64,000 bases of DNA from Candidatus Micrarchaeota archaeon (GTDB lineage: Archaea; Micrarchaeota; Micrarchaeia; Anstonellales; JAHKLY01): contig JAHKLY010000002.1 in the NCBI GenBank assembly GCA_020854825.1, positions 1 to 64,000 on the forward strand. Direction: 5' to 3'. This document shows, one piece after another, positions 38,401 to 48,745 of the stretch; within the stretch, counting starts at the first letter, position 1; the number at the start of each line of letters is the position of its first letter. The notes below the pieces were generated by a model, which was not told the origin of the DNA, ran no database searches, and worked only from the letters and a program-made list of their open reading frames with translations. The translations under genes and the position numbers were made by a program.

Positions 38401-39156
38401 CCAGAAAGAGAAGTTGAAGCAAATGAATCTGAAGAATTTGTGTTTGAAAATTCAGATGCAATAATAACTTTAGAATTAAATGAAACAACAAATATTTCAT
38501 TCTTTGTTGGTTTATTAAATGCAGGTCAATTAGAAGCATTAGGAGATTCTCCAACAGGATTAATTCCATTCAAAGGAATAAATGTAGAAATTAATGAAAA
38601 TGAAATAAATGGTACTATAACAATTTGTATTACCTATACTGATGATGAATTAGATGATGCAGGAATAGAAGAAGATACATTAGTTATGTATTATTTCAAT
38701 GAAACATCTGATGAATGGGAAATAATAACTCTCCAAAGGCAAGGGTCAAATAGAGTATGTGCAGAAATACCACATTTCAGTATATATGCATTATTTGGTG
38801 AAAAAACTGAAGAAGATGGAGGCTCACCTAGAGGAAGCAGTTATACTGGTGGCGGTGCAAGACCAGTAGGACAGAGTCCAATAACAACTGAAGAAGAAGA
38901 GGAAGAATTACAAATAGATGAAGAAGAATTAGAAGAAGAAATAATAGTACCAGAAAAACCAAGTGAAGAAATACCAGATGAAAAACCAATAGATACAACT
39001 AAACCATATGTACCTCCAACAATTGAAGAACAACAAGAAGAAAGTGATTTTACAGGTATATATATTGTTGCAGGAATAATTATAATTGCAGGAATAATAT
39101 ACTGGTGGATGACAGCAGCAAAAGCAGGTAAAAAAGGATTAATGAGATTTAAATAA
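35431..39156 (+). CDS. Large acidic surface protein with four NosD/CASH beta-helix modules and C-terminal anchor
   Basis: Repeated CG......L..DI.C....DNI.IDC.GY.I.G, many N-x-S/T sequons, PHFSIYAL, acidic linker, TM plus basic tail. Confidence 0.88.
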   Translation: MCMSNIIKNIFLVAFVLIVFSFGIVNAWVPQCSGNTYDFICGDIVDESCIMNGNLTSIGTCFTVYADNIVIDCDGYTITGSQTGYGVLNDGYDNVSINGCIIHDFTVGIQFYDSTIGLIYNNTVYDNNNGITLDNSSLINVSGNDVYGHDYGISLIDGSNNNTVADNSVNGNDFGIYLTISPGNNLTNNFVCRNSEVDVYDNEFPNNNWARTIYSSSDPNNSTYFAQVGDCSFEQGVCGQFINEDIVLTEDIECTEEGIGDSGIVVEADNITIDCNGYSIIGFMGSGIGVEVSGYDGITIINCNVSNFLTGIYVEDSIGTEVYDSIIYYNGMLGPDMTGIHFYNVNYSAIYNNLVHENDIGIVLEDSYENEVYENEVYDNLFQGIHLVNSEHNVIYDNHIYWNADIGLYILNSTNNLFENNTVCTNRLSDILFRGTSEGNEGDNTCNVLDDTEEDMNMEVTCSITCPYYGNCGDEIDGDIVLARDIEDCEDGLIVTTDNIVIDCNGYRIYGDGINGGIGILVDSLDNITIKNCTIKYFGVGIALFNSNSSTLMSNYMDSNGMGGETGIYMFNSNYTTVENNLVENDDGTGINLEFGFLNTLTNNTLLNNLYGIYLISSHNNTLTDNTANENVFGIDLGNSANNTLSGNTANKNIVVGVYLTGTSTNNYLIENTVNQNIGETYGILLSEGADENTLINNTIIGNTAGMNVGSLNNTLIDNFACANIVDIIDYTDGNDWTRTTYTFSDPVNTTYFDQLATCPFIQGLCGQTVTESVTLTEDIVCEEGDIFSPRPTALVIGANNLTIDCDGNYLIGYADYAGILSSGYNNTEIINCDISGFFYGIYFEDSNNSIVEDSNLHENMCEGMYIYSSSEDPYHAYVYDTVFEDNYQECVLTGLYLSSSTLFMWNSEFINNGEYGLYEEFRGIPDTVYWTIDDYAYCKDNGIYISTADGYITFDEGVLEIDNCTIEIYNRETETWAIWSIEGNMTDYIPEREVEANESEEFVFENSDAIITLELNETTNISFFVGLLNAGQLEALGDSPTGLIPFKGINVEINENEINGTITICITYTDDELDDAGIEEDTLVMYYFNETSDEWEIITLQRQGSNRVCAEIPHFSIYALFGEKTEEDGGSPRGSSYTGGGARPVGQSPITTEEEEEELQIDEEELEEEIIVPEKPSEEIPDEKPIDTTKPYVPPTIEEQQEESDFTGIYIVAGIIIIAGIIYWWMTAAKAGKKGLMRFK

Positions 39157-39182
39157 TTTAATCCTTTTTCTTTTTTATTTTT

Positions 39183-39767
39183 TTATCTTTTTGCATACCT
39201 TACTCTATTTTCAATAATATCTGCGCGTGTTAGTACGTCTTTATCTCCAAATGATTTATATTCATCTAAGAAAAAAATACCTTTTATTTCTCCCAATGCT
39301 TTTTTCATTGTGACAACATCCATAGCTTTATCTTCTATTTTTTTAGAGAAATAACCTAACCCAAAATCAATAACTACTAGTCCCTTCTTTGTTTGAATTA
39401 AATTAGCAGGTGTGTAATCGCCGTGTATTATATCTAGTTTATGAAGTTTTGCCAGTATTTCAGCTGCATGTTTTATTTGTGATTTAGAAATATTTTTATG
39501 ATCATAAAGCATTTTACCTTCTACTCTTTTTAGAATTATTTTATTTTCATATATATCATATATAATAGGACACAATATTCCAGATTCTTTTGCAGTTGTT
39601 AATAATTTTGCTTCTTGTCTTGTTCTTTCAGTTCTTAATCTAATATCTAATGTTTTTTCTCTATATGATTTCTCAATACGTTCTTTTACTAATACATCTA
39701 GGTCAAAATATGATATTGGATAAACAATTGCTTCAGCACCTTTAAACTCCTGCATATCTTTGACCAC
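39183..39767 (-). CDS. bud32: KEOPS kinase Bud32
   Basis: KGAEA, K.R..K.YR, RT..EA, IHGDYT..N, IDFGLG, EDKAMD. Confidence 0.93.
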   Translation of the reverse strand: MVKDMQEFKGAEAIVYPISYFDLDVLVKERIEKSYREKTLDIRLRTERTRQEAKLLTTAKESGILCPIIYDIYENKIILKRVEGKMLYDHKNISKSQIKHAAEILAKLHKLDIIHGDYTPANLIQTKKGLVVIDFGLGYFSKKIEDKAMDVVTMKKALGEIKGIFFLDEYKSFGDKDVLTRADIIENRVRYAKR

Positions 39768-40563
39768 CTAAAATAGATCTAAATAAGAACCCCATCAACA
39801 TCATCATTACAATAAAGGATACAGCTCCGCCACCTCCAATTAAAAATAAGATGCTTATTGAAATTAGTACAATACCTAACCAAATGCCCATATTATAACT
39901 CATTACTTTTCCACCATCTAATGGATGCATAGGTACCATATTAAATGCTGCTAAAAATGCATTAATATATGCTGAAAATATTAATACATGGAGCCAAAAT
40001 CCAGTTGAAAATAATTGTCCTGCCTGAATTCCAAACCCTTCATTAGCGCCTTCAATAATTCCTATTGACGTTAAACTTGTTAACAAAAAGAATCCAATTA
40101 ACATTATAATTGCTAAGATAATATTAATAACTGCACCTGCAGATGCAATATGGCCTCGTTCTTTTTTGCTTAAATATCCTGATGCAATATAAACTGCACC
40201 TGGCGCTGCAAATATAAACCCTGCAAAAACACCGATTATAAACATAAATGCTAAACCAAATACCCAAGCTCTAAATTCTGCATAACACCCATATTTTATT
40301 GCAGTAAACTTATGTCCCATTTCATGAAGAATAAATGCGGGTGAAACTGCAAACAAAAATAACATAAAATTATATGTAAATTGTTCAGGAGGCTGTAATA
40401 TTCTTTGAGTTATTACTTCAATTAGCCCAGCGTTTGGGTCATTGACTACTCCTGTTGCTATTGTTAAAGCTAATGAAATAGCTAATACAGAAATTATTAT
40501 TTCTAATATTTCTCTCGAGGTAAATGTATATTTATTTTGAATTGGAAAGGGATATGGATCCAT
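39742..40563 (-). CDS. Site-2 protease (M50) membrane metalloprotease
   Basis: HEMGH, AAPGAV, IASAG, FNMVP..PLDGGK. Confidence 0.92.
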   Translation of the reverse strand: MDPYPFPIQNKYTFTSREILEIIISVLAISLALTIATGVVNDPNAGLIEVITQRILQPPEQFTYNFMLFLFAVSPAFILHEMGHKFTAIKYGCYAEFRAWVFGLAFMFIIGVFAGFIFAAPGAVYIASGYLSKKERGHIASAGAVINIILAIIMLIGFFLLTSLTSIGIIEGANEGFGIQAGQLFSTGFWLHVLIFSAYINAFLAAFNMVPMHPLDGGKVMSYNMGIWLGIVLISISILFLIGGGGAVSFIVMMMLMGFLFRSILGGQRYAGV

Positions 40564-40567
40564 TTTA

Positions 40568-42721
40568 TCACCCAAACATATAGGAAGTGGATTCTTTAAA
40601 CTTTTCTAATCTTTCCTTATATTCTTTTTTTGTGCTTGGTTTTATTATTTCTTTGGCTCTTTCAAAATGCTTTTTAGAAACTTGTTTTGTTTTAATATTT
40701 TCTCTTAATGCTTCCATTCCTGCTTCTCTGCATAAATTTTCCAAATCTGCTCCGCTAAATGAATCAGTTTCAGATGCGATTTCTTTTAAATCTACATTTT
40801 TATCCAAAGGCATTTTTGAAGTATGAACTTTCAATATTTCCAATCTTGTATCTTCTTCTGGCATAGGTATATCTAAAACTCTATCAAATCTACCTGGCCT
40901 TAATAAAGCAGGGTCTAGAATATCTGGCCTATTAGATGCAGCTATAACAACGATATCTTTTATTGAGGATAACCCATCCATTTCTGTTAATAAAGTATCT
41001 ACAAGTCTTTCCATAACTCCTGAATCTCCAGAACCTCTTCCTCTTCTTGGTGCAATTGCATCAATTTCATCAATAAATATTACACAAGGTGAAGCTAATT
41101 TTGCTTTTCTAAATATTTCTCTAACCATTTTCTCGCTTTCTCCAACCCATTTAGATAATATTGCAGGGCCTTTTATAGATATAAAATTAGATTCACTTTC
41201 ATTAGCAACAGCTTTAGCTAATAATGTTTTACCAGTTCCAGGTAAACCTACTAAAAGTATTCCTTTAATTGGTCTTATTCCCATTTTTGAAAATATATCT
41301 GGATTTTTTAAAGGTAATTCAATTGCTTCTTTTAACTCTCTTTTTTCTTTTTCTAATCCCCCAATATCTTCCCATTTTACATTTGGATGTTCAACAAAAA
41401 CTTCTCTTAATGCAGAGGGAGTTATTCCTTTAATTGCTTCAAAAAAATCATCTCTTTTAACATTTAAATTTTCTATAATTTCTGGAGGTATTGTTTCACT
41501 TTCTAAATCTATTTGTGGTATTATTCTTCTTAATGCCCTCATTGCAGCTTCTCTTATTAATGAAGATATATCTGCTCCAGTATACCCATGGGTTATAGAT
41601 GCTAATTCATCTAAATCAACATCTTTTTCTAAAGGCATTCCTCTTGTGTGTATCATTAAGATTTCTTTTCTATCTTTTCTATCTGGTACTCCAATTTCTA
41701 ATTCTCTGTCAAATCTACCAGGTCGCCTTAGTGCAGGATCAATTGAATTTACTCTATTTGTAGCTCCGATAACAATTACTTCTCCTCTTGCTTTCAAACC
41801 ATCCATAAGAGATAATAATTGGGAAACCATCCTTTTTTCTACTTCTCCACTAACTTCTTCTCTTTTAGGAGCCAATGAATCTAATTCATCCATAAATATT
41901 ATTGAAGGTGCATTTTCTTCAGCTTCCCTAAATACTTCTCTTAATTTTTCTTCTGATTCTCCAACAAATTTGCTTACTAGTTCTGGTCCTGCAATAGGTA
42001 TAAAATGTGCTTCACTTTCATTAGCAACAGCTTTAGCTAATAATGTTTTACCAGTTCCAGGTGAGCCATGTAATAAAACTCCTTTTGGAGGGTCTATTCC
42101 TAGTTTTTCAAATAATTCTGGATGTCTTAATGGTAATTCTACCATCTCTCTTATTTTTTGAACCTCCTCTTTTAATCCCCCAACATCTTCATATGATATT
42201 TGTGAAATTGGAGAAGTAGATATTGGTTCTGATTTTAATGTAACTTCTGTTGAATTATTGATTATAACAATTCCTGTTGGTTGTGAGTTTGCAACAACTA
42301 ATGGGAATGAAGTTCCAAAAACTCCTATAAATAAATTATCTTCTCTTGTTACTGCTCTGCCAATTAATCTTTTTTTAACATATTCTTCAAATCCTGGTGA
42401 ATATTTTATAGGTTGCAATGGAGCTAATGTTATTTTTTTAGCTTCTTTTGAGTCTGCTTTTTTTAATTTTACTTTATCTCCTATACCTGTTTTTGTATTT
42501 TGTCTAATATATCCATCCATTCTTATTATTTCTAATCCTTCATCTTGAGGTCGTGCTTGCCAAACAATTGCAGCAGTTGATTTTTTTCCTTTAATTTCAA
42601 TGATGTCTCCACTAATTACTCCTAATTGTTCCCTTGTTTTTGAATCTATACGAATTATATTTCTACCCACATCTGCTTGTAGTGCTTCAGCAACTTTTAA
42701 TTGTATTTCGTTTTTTTCCAT
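40568..42721 (-). CDS. cdc48: Cdc48/VAT AAA+ ATPase
   Basis: Two AAA modules ([16 protein letters not shown]), [13 protein letters not shown]-domain. Confidence 0.97.
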   Translation of the reverse strand: MEKNEIQLKVAEALQADVGRNIIRIDSKTREQLGVISGDIIEIKGKKSTAAIVWQARPQDEGLEIIRMDGYIRQNTKTGIGDKVKLKKADSKEAKKITLAPLQPIKYSPGFEEYVKKRLIGRAVTREDNLFIGVFGTSFPLVVANSQPTGIVIINNSTEVTLKSEPISTSPISQISYEDVGGLKEEVQKIREMVELPLRHPELFEKLGIDPPKGVLLHGSPGTGKTLLAKAVANESEAHFIPIAGPELVSKFVGESEEKLREVFREAEENAPSIIFMDELDSLAPKREEVSGEVEKRMVSQLLSLMDGLKARGEVIVIGATNRVNSIDPALRRPGRFDRELEIGVPDRKDRKEILMIHTRGMPLEKDVDLDELASITHGYTGADISSLIREAAMRALRRIIPQIDLESETIPPEIIENLNVKRDDFFEAIKGITPSALREVFVEHPNVKWEDIGGLEKEKRELKEAIELPLKNPDIFSKMGIRPIKGILLVGLPGTGKTLLAKAVANESESNFISIKGPAILSKWVGESEKMVREIFRKAKLASPCVIFIDEIDAIAPRRGRGSGDSGVMERLVDTLLTEMDGLSSIKDIVVIAASNRPDILDPALLRPGRFDRVLDIPMPEEDTRLEILKVHTSKMPLDKNVDLKEIASETDSFSGADLENLCREAGMEALRENIKTKQVSKKHFERAKEIIKPSTKKEYKERLEKFKESTSYMFG

Positions 42722-42790
42722 ACAATGACCTCTAATGAATAAATACCTTTTGTATAGTATAATCTTTAAAAGGTTTTTAAAAGATTTTTA

Positions 42791-43882
42791 TTATCTAGAA
42801 AAGGTTATAATTCGTTTTTTTCCTTCATTTTTTATCATTATAATTTTTAATTTCTCAAATTTATCTAAAATATTGCGCACATTCCTTTTTTCATTTTCAG
42901 TTAATTTTAATTTTTTATATAATACAATATTTTCAATTTCTTTATTTTTTTTTAATATTTTTAAAATTCGTTTCTCATTATCATTAAATATTGAATAATC
43001 TAAAGGTTTTCCTAACTCTTTTTTAATTTCTTCTTCTGTTTTTAAAGAGTTTTTGATATTTTGAACATTTTCAATTTTAACTTTATCTTCTCCTTTTTTC
43101 TCAGCATCTTTTGCTGCTTTCCATAATGCATTTATAGCAATTCTTGCATCTCCTTTATGGTTTAATCCTATTGCTGCACAAAGAGGAATTACTTCTTCGT
43201 CTAATATATTTGGATAAAATGCTAATTTGGCCCTATTAGATAAAATATTTTTTAATGCAATTGAATCATATGATTTAAATTCTAAACTTCTTGGATTTAA
43301 TGAACTTCTGATCCTATTATCTAATTTTGCTAAAATATCTCTATTATTTGAAATTGCAATAATTGATATATTAACTCCTAAATTTTCTTTAGATCTGCTT
43401 AAATCATATAAGACTTCTTTATCTCCAGTTTTTGAAACAAATAATCTATCTATTTCATCTAAAACAACAACAATACCTTTGTATAAACTTTTGTTAAATC
43501 CTTCAACTATTTTTTCAGTTACTTCATCTACTGATATTCCTCTTCTTGGTATTAGCATATCTAATTCACTAGCAATTAATCCTAAAATTACAAATCTTGA
43601 GGAGTGTTCCCAGCAATTGATATATATAGGTAAAATTCTTTGGGTATGCTGTTCTAATTCAGTTAGTATGTATTTAGAACAGCAGGTTTTTCCAGTTCCT
43701 GGGTTACCAATTAAAAATAAATTTTCTCCTTTTCTTCCGTGTATTAAGACGTTTATTGAACTTACAATCTCCTTTATTTCAGTTTCTCTATGTAAAATAT
43801 CCGTAGGTAGGTAATCCGGCATTAGTATAACTTCATTTTTGAAAATGCTGTGTTCAGAGGAGAATTTATCAAATAGATTCAT
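42791..43882 (-). CDS. cdc6: Orc1/Cdc6 family replication initiation protein
   Basis: PDYLP..I.HRE, GNPGTGKT, YINC, VLDEID, LD.RI.S, GDAR.AI. Confidence 0.9.
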   Translation of the reverse strand: MNLFDKFSSEHSIFKNEVILMPDYLPTDILHRETEIKEIVSSINVLIHGRKGENLFLIGNPGTGKTCCSKYILTELEQHTQRILPIYINCWEHSSRFVILGLIASELDMLIPRRGISVDEVTEKIVEGFNKSLYKGIVVVLDEIDRLFVSKTGDKEVLYDLSRSKENLGVNISIIAISNNRDILAKLDNRIRSSLNPRSLEFKSYDSIALKNILSNRAKLAFYPNILDEEVIPLCAAIGLNHKGDARIAINALWKAAKDAEKKGEDKVKIENVQNIKNSLKTEEEIKKELGKPLDYSIFNDNEKRILKILKKNKEIENIVLYKKLKLTENEKRNVRNILDKFEKLKIIMIKNEGKKRIITFSR

Positions 43883-43963
43883 GATTAAATATCTTTAATC
43901 AGATTTAAATTCTTTTGCAATTTTTAACTTACCTTTTTAAATGTTATTTTCGTTGCAATATGT

Positions 43964-45025
43964 ATGGTAAATGATATTTTAGAACTTACAAAAGCATTAG
44001 TAGGTATGAAAACTCCTTGTGGAGACATAAGGAGATTAAACAGATGTATAGATTTTATAATGGATTATTATCATGGTATCGCGCGTGTTAAAAGATTCCA
44101 ATATAACAGATTTCCTTCACTTATGATTTCTAATTATGTAAGGCCAAATTTAATATTAAATGCACATATAGACGTAGTAGGTGCAGATGAATCTATGTTT
44201 ACTCCTAGAATTAAAGGAGATAAATTGTATGGTAGGGGTGCATTTGATTCAAAAGCCCAAGTTGCTGCGTTTATGCAGGTTATGAAAGAAAATCCAAATT
44301 CAAGTATTGGATTAATGATAACTTCAGATGGAGAAGTAGGGGGAAAATGGGGGACTGGAAGATTAGCAAAGGAATATCCATGTAAATTTGCAATTGTAGG
44401 TGAAGCAACAAATTTAGATATTATTTATGAAACAAAAGGTGCAATGTGGATTGATGTAGAATATAGAGGTAAAAGTGCACATGCAGTTGAACCTTGGAAA
44501 GGAGTTAATGCAATAGAAGAAGGTATGAAAAGATTAGAAAAAATATTCAAAAAATACAATAATAAGAAATCAGATTTTTCACCAACTTACAATGTTGCAG
44601 CTGTTTCAACTAGAAATACTTTTTATAATAAATTACCAGATCAAGCAGTGTTTTCATTAGATATTAGATTTATTGGATCTCCAGAACCAATTTTAAAAGA
44701 ACTTAAAAAAGAGAATTTTGTATTTAATGGAAAAAGTTATCCTGCGTTGAATAAAAAAGTTTTTCCAGCGCTTAAAACAAAACAAAATGATAAATATTTA
44801 TTAGATTTTAAAAATATTGCTGAAAAAGCAACAAAAACTAAATTAAAATTAAGAAAAGATGCAGGATTTACAGATGCGCGGTATTTTAAAAATGCAATAG
44901 AATTTGGAGCAAAAGGAGGAGATGCGCATTCAGATACTGAATATGTTGAAATTAAAAGCATAGAAAAATTATATCAAGCAGTTTCAGCATTTTCTAAAAC
45001 TCAAGAAGAAAAAACAAAAAAATAA
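43964..45025 (+). CDS. M20 family metallopeptidase (DapE/ArgE-like)
   Basis: NAHIDVV, LYGRGAFDSK, GKSAHA..PW.G.NAI, FTDARYF, AHS..EY. Confidence 0.9.
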   Translation: MVNDILELTKALVGMKTPCGDIRRLNRCIDFIMDYYHGIARVKRFQYNRFPSLMISNYVRPNLILNAHIDVVGADESMFTPRIKGDKLYGRGAFDSKAQVAAFMQVMKENPNSSIGLMITSDGEVGGKWGTGRLAKEYPCKFAIVGEATNLDIIYETKGAMWIDVEYRGKSAHAVEPWKGVNAIEEGMKRLEKIFKKYNNKKSDFSPTYNVAAVSTRNTFYNKLPDQAVFSLDIRFIGSPEPILKELKKENFVFNGKSYPALNKKVFPALKTKQNDKYLLDFKNIAEKATKTKLKLRKDAGFTDARYFKNAIEFGAKGGDAHSDTEYVEIKSIEKLYQAVSAFSKTQEEKTKK

Positions 45026-45026
45026 T

Positions 45027-45947
45027 TTATTTTATTTCAAAATTATAACCTACAACCTTTTCATATGGATTGATTTCTATATTTCCAGTTGTTTCTATGT
45101 AATTTGAGTATGTATCAGTATTTATATAAACTAAAACGTGATTTATTTCTTTAGGATCTTCTATATTATCTAAATCAACGTAAACTAAATATACTTTCCA
45201 ATCTGAGTTCATTGCTTTAAGTATACTTGCAGTTAAAACAGCTGTATCTTCACAATCTCCTCCTGCACCTAATAATGTTTCTAAAGGAAGTCTTGGAGTT
45301 TCTTCAATTTCTTGTGTGTATTTATATAAACTAGTTGTTACATACCAAACAGCTTCAATTCTTTCTTCATCAGTTAAATATTTATTATAAATATGTTTTC
45401 CAAAAGTATAAAAATATTCTTTTTCAATATAAGGTCTTAAATCAATAGCTAATTGATTGTTTATAGATAGATATTTTGTATTATTAAATTTTTTAGATAA
45501 TTCAGGTAAGTATTTGTCCATTTCAGAAATTTCTTTTTCTCTCATTATTTGGCCTTTATAAAAAGAATTTTCTAAACTTTCTAATGGCCAAGACCAAACT
45601 TGTAGTTTTGTTTCATTTTTAAAATAAAAATTTAATTTTATAGTTCTGTTAGTAATATGGACGTATGGGGGATTTAAAGAATTTTCATCAAGTATTTTAT
45701 ATTCATTTAATAAGTCATTATATTTATCCACAAGAAGATTATAATCATTAATTTGTTCGTTAGCAGAAGAATTGTATGTATTTAATATAGAATTATATTC
45801 AGTAACTAATAAGTTATGTTTATCAATACATGAAGAATATTGGACTTTATATTCATTACTCTCATTGATTAAAGAAAATGAATATATAAAAATAATAAAA
45901 ATAATTAAACAAGCGAGTATTCCATAAATTTTAGCTCCAAATTCCAT
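45027..45947 (-). CDS. Membrane-anchored transglutaminase-like/cysteine protease-fold protein
   Basis: TM plus coiled coil, P.ETL...GGDCED.A.L.AS, NHV, IETT. Confidence 0.8.
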   Translation of the reverse strand: MEFGAKIYGILACLIIFIIFIYSFSLINESNEYKVQYSSCIDKHNLLVTEYNSILNTYNSSANEQINDYNLLVDKYNDLLNEYKILDENSLNPPYVHITNRTIKLNFYFKNETKLQVWSWPLESLENSFYKGQIMREKEISEMDKYLPELSKKFNNTKYLSINNQLAIDLRPYIEKEYFYTFGKHIYNKYLTDEERIEAVWYVTTSLYKYTQEIEETPRLPLETLLGAGGDCEDTAVLTASILKAMNSDWKVYLVYVDLDNIEDPKEINHVLVYINTDTYSNYIETTGNIEINPYEKVVGYNFEIK

Positions 45948-45960
45948 AGTAATTACCTCT

Positions 45961-47814
45961 TTATATTACTGGTCTTAAACTTAAATGTTTATTAGTATTT
46001 AATGGCATAAAACTTCTGTCTTTTGTTTTTTCGTGTATTTCTTTAATTAATTCTTCTTTGTTCATTTCTTTTTTATTACTATTTCTAATATTAACTGCAA
46101 GAATATTTTTTTCCATTTCTTTTTCTCCTATTACAATAACATAGGGTATCCATTCTTTTTCTGCATTTCTTATTCTTTTACCTAATGATTCATTTGTATC
46201 ATCCATATCTATTCTAATATTTTCTTTTTCTAATTCTTTTGATAGATTTACACAATATTCTTTTTGTTCTTCACTTATAGGTATTATTCTTACTTGTGTT
46301 GGGGATAACCAAACAGGAAACATTGGTTTTCCATCCTTTCTCATAAATTCTTGTTCTAATAATGCATAAATTATTCGTTCAATTGCCCCACTTATTGAAG
46401 CATGTAATATATATGGTCTCTTTTTTGATCCATCAGAATCAATGTATGAAATATCATAAGTATCTGCATTTTCAACATCTATTTGAACAGTAGATAATGC
46501 AGCTGCTTTTGAAAACGCATCTACAAAATTAAATTCAAATTTAGTTATGAAATATGCGTATCTAATATCAAATAATTCTAATAAAACAGGTCTACCTAAT
46601 TCTTTAACCATTGAAATATACCAGTCTTTATTTTCTTTATAAAAATCATTTTGTACTCTAAATGCTGCTTCATAATTTTCAATTCCACTAATTTTTAAAA
46701 ATTCTATTGATTTTTTAAATTGAGCATCAAATTCTTGTTTTGAAGAGTCAACTGTTTTACAGAATGTATGCATATCTGGCATTGTAAATGCTCTTAATCT
46801 TTTTAATCCGGATAATTCTCCCCGCTGTTCTCTTCTAAATGAATATCTTGTTATTTCAACCATTCTTAATGGTAGGTTTTTATAAGAAATAACTGTATCA
46901 TGTGCCATTAAAAACATTCCAAAACATGCTGCAAATCTTAAAAAGAATTTTTTATTATCTGATAAAACATTATATTGTCTTGCTGGAAATCTGTTTAAAT
47001 ATTTTTTTAATGTTGGATGTTCAAAATCATACATTATTGGAGTTTCAACTTCCATTGCTCCATAATCAACACAAAATTTTGTTATTTCTCTTTCTAAAAG
47101 TCTTTTCATTAATGTCCCATTAGGATACCATCTCATATTACCGCTATCACTGCCTGGTTCGTAATCTGCTATTCCGTGTTCTTTCATTAATTTAATGTGA
47201 GGAGGTTCTTTTTCATCTGTTCTATTTCCTCCTTCTTCATATTTAGCAAATTTCTTTAAATTTTGATATTTTGAAAAATTAAATGTATTTAAATCAATTT
47301 CTTCACCTTCTGGTGTTAAAATAAAAAATTCAGATTTTTTCTTTGATTCTTGTTTTATTGATTCGTTTTCTTCTTCAATTTTATTTTCTTCTTTTTTAGT
47401 ATCTGCATAAATTTCCCTAGATAATTCAGATACAGGATGTCCTTTGCAGGATATTGTAAATGCTTTATACCACCCAAAAGGTGCATTTTCAACGATATAC
47501 TTTTCTGAACTTAAAGTTTCTGAAATTTCTTTTAATATTCTTTGAGCTTCATTTGGTGAAGAGGGTTTTGAACTTAAATGGACCCATGGATATAAAACAA
47601 TATTTTTTGTTTTAACTTGTTCTGCAATCTGTTTTATTTCTTTAACTGCTTTTTCTGCAATATTTGTTTCTTCATCCTCTTTTTCTACAGAAGTTAAAAC
47701 TACTAAACATTCTTCAAATCTTTTCATTTCTTTAGGAATTTCTTTAGCTGTTTTAAGCGCTTTTGAAACAGGCTTTATTTCAATAAAATCACTGTGTAAT
47801 GCAATAAATCTCAT
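45961..47814 (-). CDS. thrS: Threonine--tRNA ligase (archaeal editing domain)
   Basis: YPWVHLS, APFGWYK.F...CKGHP.SELSR, LRFAACFG, FRREQ.GE, FTMPDMH. Confidence 0.97.
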   Translation of the reverse strand: MRFIALHSDFIEIKPVSKALKTAKEIPKEMKRFEECLVVLTSVEKEDEETNIAEKAVKEIKQIAEQVKTKNIVLYPWVHLSSKPSSPNEAQRILKEISETLSSEKYIVENAPFGWYKAFTISCKGHPVSELSREIYADTKKEENKIEEENESIKQESKKKSEFFILTPEGEEIDLNTFNFSKYQNLKKFAKYEEGGNRTDEKEPPHIKLMKEHGIADYEPGSDSGNMRWYPNGTLMKRLLEREITKFCVDYGAMEVETPIMYDFEHPTLKKYLNRFPARQYNVLSDNKKFFLRFAACFGMFLMAHDTVISYKNLPLRMVEITRYSFRREQRGELSGLKRLRAFTMPDMHTFCKTVDSSKQEFDAQFKKSIEFLKISGIENYEAAFRVQNDFYKENKDWYISMVKELGRPVLLELFDIRYAYFITKFEFNFVDAFSKAAALSTVQIDVENADTYDISYIDSDGSKKRPYILHASISGAIERIIYALLEQEFMRKDGKPMFPVWLSPTQVRIIPISEEQKEYCVNLSKELEKENIRIDMDDTNESLGKRIRNAEKEWIPYVIVIGEKEMEKNILAVNIRNSNKKEMNKEELIKEIHEKTKDRSFMPLNTNKHLSLRPVI

Positions 47815-47866
47815 ATAAAATCACCTTTTAAGTAGTTATTAATATAATAGAATAACTTTTAATAGT

Positions 47867-48706
47867 TTATCTTGATGTAAACGAAAGTTTATTGCCTGAA
47901 ACTTTTTCTTCTTCTTTATGTTTTTTTAGAATTCTTTCTCTTAGTTCTCTTTTAAAAAACAATTCCCTCATAATTTTTTCTAATTCTTTTGATGAACATG
48001 ATTTTATTTCTCTATTCTCTGGAGGACCAGTTTTTATTTTTTCTCTTAAAGCATCCAATTCCATTATCAATCTTCTTGTTTTTTTTGGGTTTCTTTGGTT
48101 GTTGCCTTTTCTATCTGGGTTAAGTTTCCATTCTATTTTTCTTATTCTTTGTTTTATTTGTAAATATTTTTCATTTTTATTTAATCTTGTTTGCATTAAA
48201 CTTAAAATAGTTAATTCAGTTAATCCTTTTTTTTGTTCACATTCAATAATTTTTTCTAATATTGATGTTTTCCAGAAGAAAATTAGATTTTCATTAATTA
48301 TACTTTGTTCAAGAATATCAAAATGTCTGTTTGGTAATTCAAGATTATCGATTACAAAGGTTTCAAATTTTTTATTTCCTGGAGGTTGTCTCATTAATCT
48401 TATTAATTTAATTTTTTCTTCTAAACTAATTTTTTCTGAAACAAATACTACAAGATCTACATCCGAATGATTATGTGTTTTTTTTGGTTCTCTTGCATTA
48501 CTTCCAAAAATTGCAGCCCCTAATATATTAGGATTCCATTCTTTTTTTGCTTTTTCTAATAGAACTTTAGTAAGTTTAATTACTTCAAGAACATCTGGAT
48601 GTATAGGAGTTTCTTTTTTTAGAACTATATCTAAACCTTCTGCATCTGTTGAATTTTCAACCAATGTACTTATTTGTTTAAATTGGAGTATAATATCCAT
48701 ATACAT
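47867..48706 (-). CDS. Nucleotidyltransferase-domain protein
   Basis: AIFGSNAR.......SDVDLVVF (GS..DxD) motif. Confidence 0.75.
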   Translation of the reverse strand: MYMDIILQFKQISTLVENSTDAEGLDIVLKKETPIHPDVLEVIKLTKVLLEKAKKEWNPNILGAAIFGSNAREPKKTHNHSDVDLVVFVSEKISLEEKIKLIRLMRQPPGNKKFETFVIDNLELPNRHFDILEQSIINENLIFFWKTSILEKIIECEQKKGLTELTILSLMQTRLNKNEKYLQIKQRIRKIEWKLNPDRKGNNQRNPKKTRRLIMELDALREKIKTGPPENREIKSCSSKELEKIMRELFFKRELRERILKKHKEEEKVSGNKLSFTSR

Positions 48707-48745
48707 CGCCAGTTATTTTTTTAGTAATATAAAAGTTTATATACC

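Noticed and set aside
43883-43963. Replication origin next to cdc6
   Set aside because: Only about 80 nt of intergenic DNA with no recognisable ORB/G-string repeats.
47867-48706. MNT-HEPN toxin-antitoxin or CBASS-type defence system
   Set aside because: Only a GS..DxD motif; no HEPN RxxxxH partner or effector gene is adjacent.
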